Positions 1-13,430 of a stretch of DNA of 64,000 nt are shown piece after piece; position 1 is the first letter of the stretch, and each line of letters starts with the position of its first letter. Source of the DNA: Phoronis australis. Lineage: Eukaryota > Animalia > Phoronida. The stretch lies in assembly GCA_002633005.1 (NCBI GenBank), contig NMRA01000359.1:397992-461991 (forward strand). Reading direction: 5' to 3'. The notes beneath the pieces were generated by a model. That model did no database searches. It saw nothing but the letters and a program-made list of their open reading frames with translations, and had not been told where the DNA came from. Both the position numbers and the translations under genes were made by a program.

Positions 1-1389
1 GACTAGTACACAGTTTGATGACCATGAAACGTAAAATCTTTTGAAACAACATCTGTTTAAATATAAATTATTAGTCTTCTTACGCACCATATGTTGGTCA
101 CATCTCGTGACCTATAATTAAGTCTGAAAAGATCTCTGATAACCATGTGATGTGACCAAAATATGGCGTGTAAGAAGACAAATAATTCTTACTTGTACTA
201 CATCAACCCATCCACTTATAACAGCATAAGACATCTGTTTGTTTTCGTTTTGTGGAAATTTGATAAAAATGGTGCGTTCAAAAACCTTTGCCACGTAACA
301 AAGCTTAGTGGTAAAAAATGATCTACATAAATATACCACAAACATTAAAAACAAAATCATAGAAAAGTGACTTATAGAGTTTCAAAAGCATACTCGTTTT
401 CCCCGTAGGATATGATATTCAGATTACAAGACATTCTGCAACACAACTTACTCTGTTGGAATAATCTTTTCTTTTAAAACCTGGAAATTCACGGCATGGT
501 CTTCCTTCAATTTCTTCATCTCCTGAAAAGAATACAGAGTCACTGTATAAAAAATGCCAAAATTCTAACGCTCTGGTTGAAACAAATAAGTTAATATTTT
601 TGGCCGTATCGGAAATAAATACTATTATTGAGCAACTGATTAAGATTTTTGTATAGTTCAATCATGCATCAGTTTTATGTGTATAAGCAAACCTTCTTAA
701 GTTTTTGTTTTTATAAAATCCATGTTATATTAACACCATGTGCTACAGTTTATTACATTCCATTCAGTTTACCAACACAAATAAAAAGTTTCACATTTTA
801 TTATATACTTAGCTAGCAATCAGAAGCATCTACTTAAAAATTCAAGATCTCGAGTACAACGACCAAAACTTTAAGCTCACAAATGAAAACACACCATACT
901 CAACAAAATAAAGTCATTTCAACCATATATTTTCATTCAAAAGTTATGATCTCTAGATTACAAATATAACAATCTGTGAGCCAATCAAACACAAGGATTG
1001 CCAACCACGAGGGACAACCAGTATAATGACCAGGTGTGCCAACAAGTGTTAAGTAGCCACAAGTGATTGTGCACCCACATGGCCAGATGCTATTAGTGTG
1101 TGTATCAGTTCAAAATAAAAAAATTATTAGCAAACAAAAATACACATTACATGTATCTTACTGCAGCCATTTACTAACATACCAGTAACAATATTCTGGA
1201 AATGGCCATTGTCTTTCCGTGGCATTTACGCTATGTTTGAACAATAACTGACTGCACACCATGTTCATGGTTGCAAACATTCGAAAACGAGAAAGTGAGA
1301 CACCTAGATCTACATGGATATAAACCACGCCGCAAGGACCAAAGTCAGCCGCAACATAAAAAACGCAATGATTTTTTGTTTTGGCTATA

Positions 1390-1933
1390 GGCCCTTTCAT
1401 ACTGACTTAACTCCAGTCTGAGCAGAGCGTCGATGTAAACTATGAAGTTAACTGAACCATTCATACCGGCTTCGGTGGTTAATGGACATCGAAGTAAACT
1501 GTAGGTGACGATGTTGTCATTGAAGTAATTGCAAGGTAGCGCTAATGCATAGCATGCACACTAATCTTATTTAATGAGACAATTTGGGAACATTTACATG
1601 TGCTAATTTATATATATTTTTTTTTCTAATTTGATTGGTGATGATTCGAGCAAAATATAAGCAACTATTAGTGACGAAACTAACATTTAATTGGTGACAA
1701 TAACAGTGGTCCCTGGCGATAACTTTGAAGGGACCGAAGTTGACAGTTCATACTGCACCGCAGCGTTGACGCTCCACTATTAAATCCACCTGTTTACTGC
1801 AAAGTAACGTAACTGGCACTGTTAACTTCAATCAAGGACCAAAGTTAACCGTTCATACTGACCGCAACCCCCAAAACATTGATGCGTCGACATCAGTATG
1901 AAAGGGCATTGTTGACATTAGTGTGAAAGGGCC
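1390..1933. mobile_element. MITE with GGCCCTTTCA(T/C)ACT terminal inverted repeats (PIF/Harbinger-like)
   Basis: Left end ggccctttcatactga (1390) and right end agtgtgaaagggcc (1933), followed by TTA. An inverted second copy starts at 63749. Confidence 0.7.
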
Positions 1934-3548
1934 TTATTTGAAATGGAACGAGGAAACAAGCAGATCTGTTCATGAGGAAACGCACAAAAGTATTTACAAT
2001 AATATGTCAATTTTGCGAAGTGTCAAAAAGTAGGACATTATGATCTTGTGGTAGGATAAAAATTCAGACAGCGGGATAGTTGGCAAGTAAACATTCTTTA
2101 TTGTTTCTCAAAACTGGAAAAGAATAGAAACACCTTCAGAAAGAATTAACTCATTTATCCCTAGAAAAATATCATCGACCGCTTTCAGGCCAGAATCGGT
2201 CTCGAGTACTTTAGTAACATAACTGATGGATTACATCGATTTCTTAATTTTTGGTAATCAAAGAAATGTATCTAAAACATGCAAATTCTTTTCGAAACCT
2301 ATAATTCCGTTGATTTCCTGAATTCCGTCATCCCAAAAAATCAGAGTCGCTATTGGCAAAGCAATACGATTACCCAGCCATCATGAAGATGACGCAACAA
2401 TGAACATTCTCATGGAAATGCTCAACTGATTCACCTTGCAAGTAAAAAGTCAAATGTAATCAAAATCTACACCATGTCAGAAGATTTACCTGTAAATTAC
2501 TACATAGATTACAAATTCACCCACAAAACTACTTGCCATTCAGTAATCCAAACTTTGTCTATGTCTTTTAACAAGTTGTGAAATTGACATAAAACCATGG
2601 CTGAAAACGACAACATTTTTAGCATGTGGCCAAGTAAGTAAATTGCGCTGGCTAGCTCCTGATTGGATAAATTTCAACTGTTCGTAAACGTAAAAGATCA
2701 ACAAGCATCAAAAAGTGCAAAGGTCAGACAGGTAAGTCGGACTTTGTTGGGTTTCATGTTCTTCAGTATTAAACAGGGTTCGATATGGCAACATGTTGCT
2801 CGCCAATGTGACCTCAGATTTTGTTCGGCAACCTCAGGGTCCCACTGACAACAGTCAATGGGCTTGGCAGTGAAGTCGATTTCATTGACAATTCAGGGCG
2901 ACTCCGCAGCATTAGTCCTCTCTGTTATAAGAAAGAATCAAATACACGAATTTTCGATCATCTTTGTGTCCCCTTTACAGTGAAGATATGACGAGTCTCA
3001 TGCAACTCTCAGTGGAGTTTAAGATTTTCGTGTGTAACGAAGGAGACAGTCGTCTGCAGAATCACGCTTAACAATGGGAGCTCATTTCAATCTACCCAAC
3101 CTTTTATTTACCTCTACAGCATAAGTAGAGAAGAAAGTATACTGCATAAACTAGTACACAAGAAAACAGATAGGTCGGAAGTCAGATATAAATGCGCCGC
3201 GATTCTGGCGCGGTCGCAATATCACCGTTATGTAACTCGCATCTAGATCGCTGAGATTGGCTGTTGCTTGACCTTCAATCATGGACATTCATTGTCTCAC
3301 CCAGATCGAAGGTCAAGCAGTAGATAATCACGCGTGCCACGAATTGGCAAGATTGCAAACCCCACCATAGCAAAGGTTACTGCACACCTCGCCACACTTC
3401 CAGCCCATCTTTATTCCTATGTAATAGAATACGAAGTATTCCCTTCCTTACTTATTGTAGTATTATAGCTCTCTAGAGTTTAGAGTGTTGTAGATGTGCT
3501 TCCGGTGAATTATATGAGCCTCTGTTAGCTACTCGCTAACGGGCAATA

Positions 3549-3620
3549 GCCTATTAGCTGAATGGTTAGCACGCTTGCCGGTTTTATGGGGGACGCAGGT
3601 TCGATTACCGAGTCGGGTGA
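3549..3620 (+). repeat. tRNA-like (Pol III A/B box) repeat head, not a functional tRNA
   Basis: A-box TAGCTGAATGG and B-box GGTTCGATTACC. Acceptor and anticodon stems do not pair cleanly. Confidence 0.4.
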
Positions 3621-6600
3621 TCTCGGCTATTACTACAAGAGGTCTAGAGATAAATATATTGGGTTTTGGTTCGACCTCCATCTCAGTTGTTCTTTCCACA
3701 CTTATGACAGCGGGTTTTTTCTAAAGGTATGTACTAACAATTCGAAATCAGCTCCCATGCCCTGGGCACCCTTCAGATAAACATTCTTTTCAGCTTCAAA
3801 TAGGCAGAAGACCTGGGCATATACTCTCATCAATAAATGTACTTACTGACTGAAGTCGCTCACAGTTTCCACAGTAATTCGATTCCAAATTGTCCAGCAT
3901 ATTTACTGGTCCTACATCAACATCCAATTCGAGCGAAGTCGATGCGTTTGAAATCGACGGTTCCATTTTCAAGTTTGCCAAGGTACAACTGACTAGCAAC
4001 ACACGCACACGCGGCTTAATTCTTAGTTATCACATGATTTAGAAGTTTCAATTACATACAATGACTGAACTGGATCACCACAAAGAAATAAGATTTCAGA
4101 ACCGTTTTACTTTTGGATGAAAATCGACCCAGAAGGGCGCCGCCATCTTTGAAAGAAAGTTATCTAAAGCCAAAAACATGCAGCAATTCATCCAAATATT
4201 ACTTTGTGGGACAAGATCAATTTCCTGCTGAGAAAAAAACACATTTTTTATTTGAATAATACATTTTATCTCATTTTTAAGAATGTTTCTTGTAGCTTTT
4301 GACGTTGTTATGAAGTGGCAACAGATTTACTTGTGTATTATTTGCGAGCAATATGACTGTGATACCCGGGGTGCTTACCCATAAAAGTAACACTGACATA
4401 CTTCTACCGCGGGTACCAAAAAACAGCTGATGATATCATAGATATAAATATACTACCAGCATGATAGCCTACTATGGCGAGTGTTTGGGGAATTACATCA
4501 GGTTTTAAATATAATTCATCGCTATTACAACTTGTGGAAATTGGCTGTTACACTGACACTGATAAAACTGAGCTATTATTTTTTTAAGAGGTAGAGTGAA
4601 ATATCATGATGCCTGACGGCCATACTCGAAGTGCCACGTATCATTATACGTGTATTTGGGCCTACTTTTAATAGCAACAGATCTCTCAATTTTTGTCCAA
4701 GCAATTAAACAAAGCTGTGTTTTTTTTCTTCAAGAAAATTAACAACTCGAATTAACCACTTGATGTGCACCATCAGGAATTGTTAGCAACCCGGCATTCA
4801 GTTTTGTATTTGTGGGGGTTACCCAATCACGGCGGCGGGACCGGTTTAAGCTAGTTAGTGTTTTTAAAACAACAGGTGGTTTGTGAAGTACATTTACGTG
4901 TACATACTAACACTCCATGTACGTGCTACAGGTGTGTGGAGCAAATGGGACACCTGAGCTCGAATTTATTCGTCACTACTATATAATGTCGCATCATGTC
5001 TAGTAGTTTCTGGATGAACATAGCAAAATGAATGTCATATTAATTTATACAGTCTTATATCTTATCAGACCCGTCAACCACGAAGACGTTAATAATGATT
5101 TTATGTCTTCATGGATGTCTCATGTCAAGAACATCTTTAATACTTCTTGCCTGGCTTACTTGTGAAATTCAAAACTTTATCGATCTCGTGAATACCGGCA
5201 ATTAGCAGTGGCTTAAAACGACCTTTCAAGTTCGACCAGTTTAACGATATCTGTGAAAAAAGTGGTTATTTAATTTAAGCAGGAATAAACAATGCCTTTT
5301 CAATAAGTTGATCTCAGTTGAGGAATTATCGAACGATTTTGAATATTTTAAGGACCGAATAACTTCTCTAAATTTCTGTGCAGAAATCACTTCTTACCGA
5401 TTAGAGGCTCTCCCTCTCTCTATCCCTCTCTCCTAAGTTCCCTCCCTCCTCCCTCCCCTCCCTCCCTCCGAGGCCCTCCCTACATAAACGGGATACCAAC
5501 GACTTGATTCTAGGGTGGATGGAAAGTGGAGGGGGATAGGTTAACCGTAAGAAAGAAATAATTTCCGGTAGGCAAATGAATCATCAATGGGTTCACTAGT
5601 TGAATCGTCGCGTCTCACAAGTCATCGTTAGCAGTCTCACATTGCACCTACGGCGGGCAGGAAGCGGGAAAGATTGATGACACCTTTAATGGAGAAATGT
5701 ACCTTCATCTTCTAAAAAAAATTAGTTTCTAACGCTGATGATTATTTTTAGTGAGAAATTAGTGGGTAGCATAATGAGGTAGAACGTTGCATTTCAGAAA
5801 GAACCTGACCAACAGGCCAGCTCAGTTGAAATCGTTAGCTTTTAATTAAGCATATTTTCGCGGCTGCAGTATACTTTAAACAGTTCTGAACTCAAACGCT
5901 CACAATTAAATGTTTCAAGTAACACTTAATAACAATATTTCCCTAGGCAATTTACCAAGTATATCAAGTCTGCTTTTGAACTTAGAAACCGTCGCTTTTG
6001 CGGTACATCTGAGTTGTGTGGTTAAAGTGACTAATAAGCCCAACTGGGTTGTATATTTATCTTTCAAACGAATATTATATCTATTACTGTTTGTATTAAT
6101 TGTACTTGTCACTATAATATACAAATACAATACAATGCATTGGCACGACCTCAGAAAGAGAAGCCGAATGACGTATGCAATTGCTTGTATGTGCAAAATG
6201 ACCTAATAGCTATTCCAACAAATGAGATACATAACTGAAACTTAGAACTAGGCCCTTATTTACTCAATAGGATATATCCCAAAGTACATGTAGGAACATT
6301 TTCGTAAATCAGAAAATTGCATTGCCTTTTCTATAAAGTTTACAAGTTAAAATTGCATTTCGCGGTGTTTAACTGGCTAAAAACGAAATTTGAACTAGAC
6401 CCATTACCTTCATAAAATCGGTCTCATAAAATTCCGCGTCCTTTCTTTAACGCAAGTCATAGGCAATGTATGCGTGTGTCGCTTTCGAATTCGCAAGCCA
6501 TCCCAAATAAAGCCCGAAGCCTTTTCTGAATCGCTGATGTTTTGGACGTCCCTTATTCAGGTAACGTAAATAGAATCCGATTATGGTAAGGAATATTATG

Positions 6601-8672
6601 AGACCGCTGTATAAAAGAAATAGGCCTAATTCGGTTTTCGTTTTAGTCAGCTAAACAGGGCGAAATACATACTCTAAGTTGGGTGTCATTCAACATTCAG
6701 TGACAGACGACGTTTAGTAGTCGGTTACGTTTTGGAACGGAGCCAAGAGACGTTGTTTTGTACTTAGGCAACAATTCAAAATAAAATGAAATACCTTTTT
6801 GAATATCAACTTCAAAAGATTTCGTTGATTGGGTAGGTCTATTGGTATAACGGCTCGTTTGCATTTCATAAGCAGGTATCAGTACAATCCAGAAGTAAGA
6901 AGACTTCGAATTGTAAGTATCTATTGATACCGACCACACAAGCACGCACACACGCACACATGCGCATATCGTATGTATGTATCTCTGTGTGTGTGTTTGT
7001 GGGGTCGTTTTTAGTGTGCACTGAGATTATTGCAGCCATTTTACTACTGGTCCTGAAATTGGATTCAAAATGGTGGCTCAAACAAGATTTTTTTGTTAAA
7101 ATTTAACTAACGTTGTTTAACATCCACAGTTTTAGGAAACGCATTCAATTTTTCATAAACGATACTGTACTATCCATATTTGCGTGACATGCAATGCACA
7201 AATCTGTGATAACAAATGCAAAAGCAAGTTCGTTTTGGTGACTTCAGTTTGGGCCATGCACGTTTCTGTTCTCGGTGGTACCACTGATCCAAAATGTTTT
7301 TGCATGTCTGGTGGCTGGTTTTATAGAATTTCACTAACATTGCTTCTGAAGTGGATTGCGACTATTGAACTCGTTGACTTTGGTAATGTTTCAAATGGAC
7401 AAGAACAGCTCAGCTGTTCGCAACTAATAAATCGGCACAAATTCGTTAAATATCATACCTGAATTTTCCCATCAGTTAACGCAGCAACAGACGTTCTTCA
7501 AGACTACACTTTCCTCGGTTAGTTTTTGTTTTTAAGTTGATCAAAATCAAAATTCTCCCATGGGTTTACAGTGGATTATAGCTGCACAGGGTCCAATAAG
7601 GAATTTAGATTTAAATATTTTTGTTACATTTTCTGTAACTTCGGATGGTTTAACGTTTCGTTATTTTACAGAACGTAGTGTAACAATCCTAAAATTTATG
7701 TCCAGTGTGATCAAAGTCCAGTCCCGGACTTATCTCGACTCCTGTTCCGGTACTGCAGTTTGGTTACCGAGTATGGAACATTTTTGGCCCGTGTGTGGAG
7801 TGTGGACGCGTGTCTCGGGATTTGTACCCGGCTGGGTTTGTTGACCGTTGGTCAGGTTTAGCACAAGGGTTTCTGAGGATTGTACCTGTAGGCCGCGGCC
7901 ATGGAATCGTATACATTCCCTGTCATTGACGCATAAAACAAATTTATTGGTACATTACCGAGCCCGAGCCAACTACCTAATCACATACATACATATATAG
8001 CACACTAAAATTGTGCAATCACTCCTTTTATGTCTTGCCATTGAAATAACATGTATTGCATTCATAACGGCAAAGCAGACTAATTTCAGTGATCAAACGT
8101 TTTAACAAACAACATAACGATAGTCTCGCACCCAGTCTATCGGCATTGAGAGTCTGGCAAGGCCATTTGATCAGAGTTTTGATCCTACTAACCTACCTAT
8201 AATCTGATTTTGTATTCGTATTTCAACGTTTTTATTTGAACTGACACCTATCTGAATGGACCTCCTTGCCCAACGTTTTTCTTGCGTCCCTGTACACTCC
8301 TAGGCGACGATTTTTTGTTACAAAATTCGTGAGCTAAGTTCTAGGACTCAGGCGCTGATGCAAAAGTTACCAACTCAACGTTGGGTTTTGCAGCTAACAA
8401 GTAGCACTGAAAGTACTAACAAGCTCATCAGTCGCCACTGCGGTGACGAGACAGTTAGGCAGAGACAACGTATGAGTAAGGGAAACAAGCCCAATTATTA
8501 AAAGCATAAATGCTCGCTTAGCATTGTTTTTGATGCCCGATAAGACAAGATAATGCTTTTTTGTTTAAAAATACCGCATGTGGTTACAGATTAGAATAAC
8601 CTGGCCGGATATCACGTCTAAGATGACACACGCTAATGTAGCTTACGAAGTAAATGACAAGTGAATGGTATG

Positions 8673-8916
8673 CATGCGCGCACCCAGGGAGCTTGGGGGG
8701 GGGGGCTCGAACGAGCCTCCCATTTGGCGGAGTTGTCAAACAGGTCTACCTCAGAAAAACAAAAACTCTGAAAAAAGTAAAAAGCGAAACAAAAGTTCAC
8801 TAAATAGGCACTAAGAATTACCAAAATTTAGCCAAAGCACGATTCGTGAATCTCAGTTAAAGGTCCACATTCTCAAAAATTCGTGCACCCCATTTTTTAG
8901 GCTGGGTGCACGCATG
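8673..8916. mobile_element. Non-autonomous DNA transposon (CATGCGCGCACCCAG TIR, 5-bp TSD)
   Basis: TIRs catgcgcgcacccag / ctgggtgcacgcatg, flanked by GTATG on both sides. Absent from the paralogous site near 27270. Confidence 0.8.
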
Positions 8917-10471
8917 GTATGCGACGGATTTGACTGCTCCGAGTCGTGCTAGTGTTGTGAAACTGCTCGAGCGACGGGCTGTGATTTTTTGGAATTGTTC
9001 TGGTAATCATGGTGCGAAAAATGTATGAAAACATTTCGGCAAAAATCCTTTTTTCTGTTGACGCTAATCGTAAAGAACGCAATAGTCTTTGAATACTAAA
9101 AATAATTATAGCTTCATTACTTTGGATTGAACGCGCATTTTTACTCACTGGTAATTTCACACTTGTGTTTTTGTAGGCCAGGGAAAAAACTTTTTTGTTG
9201 TTTTGTGACCTTTCGTGAATCGATTTTCAAGGTACGCGCAACTTTTATTTACTTGCAAAATGAATTAACCTTCTCGCTGAACCATCTGAAGTTCAAATTT
9301 GCTTGAGTCAAAAATGTATCCAAGGTCCCTGAGGAACTAAAAAATGCACAAACTTCTGATTAATTTTTGGGCACAGGAAATAAAGCTTGGACCGACGACG
9401 GTTAACTGGGCCTAACGCTTTAAAGGGAGAGTGAGAGGCCCCATGGTCCTGGCATACGGTTCAATGTTTCTTTTGCCTGTGACGTTATTGTATTTATCTG
9501 CATGTGCACGTGCATTTACCGTTTCGCATGATGTCTTGTCATAGTGGATACCGCTATCTGTTTGGCTAGTGAGAATTTCACCTGAAGTTTCAAGTTAAGA
9601 CTGATACGATTCTAGTCTTTGGTTTGGATGTATGTACGTCACTGCCGTTTAAGACATTATTTGACGTCCCTGTAGGTATACCCATTGCCACCATGTCGCA
9701 TATTTCATCAACGAGCAATTCGCTGTCAATTTCGTTATAAGTAGTCGCAACTATGCTTATATCAGAACATTTACAGTTCCAAACTGTAGCGGATGTGATT
9801 CAAGGCATGCATTTCACGCGTGTTTGTCACTGATTATCTCAGCAATATTTGATAGCGTAAACACACCGAGCGACTTGTTTGCACGTGGGACTCGTCCTCG
9901 ATAAGCTACAGTTTGATGCATCCGATCCTTCAAGAGGGGGTTCGATTGGTTCCAGTCCTGAGCATAGTTTAGATGAACCTGCTTCTGGTTCGCTCTTATC
10001 ACTTTTAAAGGAAAATTTCAGAGAAGACCCTTGTTGTTTGATTTTTTGGTCTATCAATTTCCTACTTTCGGAACCATACTTTCTCTTAGACATTTTCTGG
10101 TCAGCGGGCCTAAAATTGCATTACGCGTTGTGATAATGAAGTAAATCGAATGAATATTTCAGTTGTTTTCCACTACTTTTCAGATTTAACCTATCTTTTG
10201 TGCTCTCGCTTGAATGATTATATGAGAAACTATATGCTTTCCATCCGGCTCATCGCAACCTGTTTCCCCGGTAACCAGCAATTTGACCATCCGCGCGACT
10301 TATTATATCTATAATCTCTCTAGAATTTTTCCATCGGATGGTCCCTGTCCAATTTTTATCTGCACAAATTTTCCGTAATTTTTGTCCGAACCTAGCGGAC
10401 AATTTCTCCCGTACTGTGCGACATATCTGCCTGATTGGGTAGCTCATGTTCTGATCAGCTTCTGATTTTTC

Positions 10472-10973
10472 CAGCCTCGTCCCCAAGCCTCAAAGATGAC
10501 GCTGATTGGTTTTGCCATTTGAGGATTGGTTATGGAAAATGAAATGTGTCAGAATTCTGACACATTTTCACGGAAATCGCCAGAATATCAAGAGTAATAT
10601 AAAGTTATATAAACTTTGAAATTTTCTGCAGTTATATAAAAATATAAACTAACGATATATTGCAGCAATTTAGGTCCAAATTATCACAAAAAATGCTGCC
10701 GTACTTTGATTCGAAAACAGATTAATTTCTATGATACTATTAATAAAAAAAATTTGAAAATAAGTACACCAACAACCTTTATTCAAACAATAACCAAAAC
10801 ACTGTTTTCTGCTTCATGAATGGCAGCAACAACGCCTGTGAAAATAATGAAAATCCACCTTTGTTTTGATGACGCCAAGACACCTGCCAATCATGGCGCA
10901 GAAAGTAAGTCCCCATAACCAAGCCTCGGGGCAAAACCGATCAGCGTCATCTTGAGGCTTGGGGACGAGGCTG
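10472..10973. mobile_element. MITE with ~45-bp TIRs and a 10-bp target-site duplication
   Basis: cagcctcgtccccaagcctcaaagatgacgctgattggttttgcc / ggcaaaaccgatcagcgtcatcttgaggcttggggacgaggctg. CTGATTTTTC at both 10462-10471 and 10974-10983. Confidence 0.8.
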
Positions 10974-11532
10974 CTGATTTTTCAACCTCGTACCTGACAG
11001 TTCAAGGCCCAGTCTAGGATCCAGAAGGGACTGAGCATGAACGTGACATGGCGCGCTGTTTTCCTTGTATGGGGAAGATTAGTCGCGAAACACGAAGAGA
11101 TTCTCTGTCTATCGCCCGTTTCCATCACAGTGCTGTAATACGTCCTAAGACAACTAAAACAACGCGCTCCGGCCGTTATGTAAGGGAAACACTTTAATAA
11201 CTTTGATACACAGCTAACACAACGAAAGCGAAAGGTTTATATATACAGTTTGAAGCAGTAAATTTTGTTATTTGGTGCCAAACACTGCGATTTTGGCGCC
11301 CCTGTAACGCATTTTCAGAGGGAGCCCCCCAGCAACACCGCCACTGCAGTACACGTGTCCTTACAACGTTTCATACAAAATATTATTTGGTTAAGTTCGC
11401 TCACTGATGATGGTTGCCAAACCGGTGACTGTTTATGTATGAAGTGAATCTACTGATATTAAATCCTATTATTATAAAATACTGTAGTTTCTTTTACACT
11501 ACTTTTTGTTGTTCCCGCCATTTAGCGCCACC

Positions 11533-11824
11533 ATGAACGACGGAGACAAATGGAAACTACAACATAACCACACAGTTCTCATCTCCGATATTCCTGACGA
11601 AGTTATAGAAGAGCTGTTTACCCAAGGGATCATTAATTGGGACGACAAGAATAGAATATCTACTAAAAATATTACTGAAGAAAAGAACGACTTATTGTTG
11701 ACCATATTACGGACCAGAGGTCCCACTGTGTTTACAGAGTTTCGGGAAATTCTGAGCAGATGCGGATGCAAGCACCTGGTAGAAAGGCTTGATCAAACGC
11801 CCCCCAATGTTTACATGGATCCAG
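11533..11824 (+). CDS. NLR-like paralog 1, coding exon 1: CARD (death-fold) domain
   Basis: Acceptor tttAG at 11524-11525, then Kozak GCCACCATG (ATG 11533). Translation MNDGDKWKLQHNHTVLISDI...LLLTILRTRGPTVFTEFREILSRCGCKHLVERL has the CARD pattern (L..N...L...; LL..L..RGP.AF..F...L). Donor G|GTAATT at 11825, phase 1. Two paralogous exons are present. Confidence 0.88.
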
Positions 11825-13269
11825 GTAATTAGTCCCCCCATATAGTCGTTGTCTTCTATGTTTACACAAACAGGTGTACATTATATATCCATTTGAGGTT
11901 TTTATTTAAAACTTCACTTTCTTCGGTATTTAGCTGACAAAAAACAAAAGCATATGTGTAATTACTGTTTTTCCAAAATTGTTTTATTTTTGAATGAAAA
12001 TGATTTTCCTGTTGTATAATTGCTCCTTGATTCACAAATTTTAAGTCCGTCAAACAGTTACCGGTATATGCCGCATTAATCCAAAACTAAAATGAAATTT
12101 ATTCGTTTGAAGGATATCTTTTGAAGGTTAAAAAGGTTTGCTATAGAAACACAACTCGAACCTATTATAATAAAACAGTGTAGCCATTCAAACTGGTATT
12201 TTGTACTTCAAGACCAAACGTCGAAATGACTTGCATTGTATACTTTAAAGTCCTTGTTGCAAACTGCCCATGTGGTTCTAGTATCCGAAAATACTTACTA
12301 CATAAATTCTTATTTTCGACACCCTTTTTTATATTCTTTTCGCCTTTCTTGCCAAAAGCGATTTTTTAACAGTATTTGACCCTTCTCTCTGAGCGTATGA
12401 TTACCGGTTGTTATCGGTAAATTTCGTACCCACATTTCCGGCTCATCAGTTCAGGAACTTGTCCTGAACGACGCCATTTTTTCCTTGTAACTGAATGTGC
12501 TATGGCTTGCTCGAAAAGTCTTCATTATTTTGTTTTGTTAGTAATATATCGTGATTCGTTTGCATATGTAGTGTATTTATAGTTTGTAGTTAGTGGTCGT
12601 TGATTTTTTTGGAATGTTACGCGTACTTAGTATGTTAAAATAGCATTGCTGTTTAGTTCCTTACGTAGGCGGGTCGAACCTAGGAACCAATATGGGTCGA
12701 ACCAATTTTTTTTCGGTTAAATTTTTTTTCCTCGTTTTGAAAAAGTACTTTACTATCATCGGAAAGGTAGTACATTATACTCGAAAAAGTATCAAAATCG
12801 GGGCAAGCAGTGTAAAGTTATTGCAAGTTTTGTGGCGAAATTTGGGTCACTTTGTTTGGATCGCGTCGGTCATATTGGAGGACAGCGGGATAAGTTACAA
12901 GTTTAAAACTTTGTGTAAATTGTTTTCGCCAACAAATTACGGTGAAATTTAGTTAGACATATCTTTACTTACTATTCTGCACGATTCAACAGTGTTCACC
13001 AAATTTCAGCCTCGCAGTTGTTACTCCGCATTAAGAGATAAATGTGCTCACATTCCCGTTGGACATCGTCTCATTTCTGGCGGCACCTACAATGTCGACT
13101 TTTTCTGAACTGAAAGGCATGTTCAGTCGGCTACTTTGTAATTTGTGAAGATTTAACGTTGATACATTTTGACAAATGTTGCTACAAAAAAGAAACTTTG
13201 TTCAATTTTCGTGTTTTTTGTGTTTGTGGCCAGCGACCAGTTAGGCCTAAGGGTAGTCTTGGCGCAAAG

Positions 13270-13430
13270 CTGGCGTGCGTTCAGTAGACGCTAGGACCTA
13301 CGCTAGGACCTTGGAAAATCCTAGTCCATGTCACATGTTCTCATGTAAAATACACGGCAATATCTCACGTAGTCTCGCGAAGTCTTGCTTCTTAGCGAGG
13401 TCCTAGCGCGCGCTACTGAACGGGAGGCTG
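13270..13430. mobile_element. Short palindromic repeat family (GCGTGCGTTCAGTA...TACTGAACGG), copy 1
   Basis: Internal inverted repeats gctaggacct/aggtcctagc. Homologous copies at ~25320-25458 and ~59064-59220, the last interrupting the Penelope-like element. Confidence 0.7.

Noticed and set aside
3549-3620. tRNA gene call here and at 50465-50540
   Set aside because: A and B boxes are present but the stems do not form a proper cloverleaf; kept only as tRNA-derived repeats.
2150-4010. Possible minus-strand spliced gene (MEPSISNAST...CERLQS followed by GTAAGT at ~3846)
   Set aside because: The candidate next exon near 3050 hits an in-frame stop and no domain can be recognised with confidence; probably a decayed transposon-associated gene.
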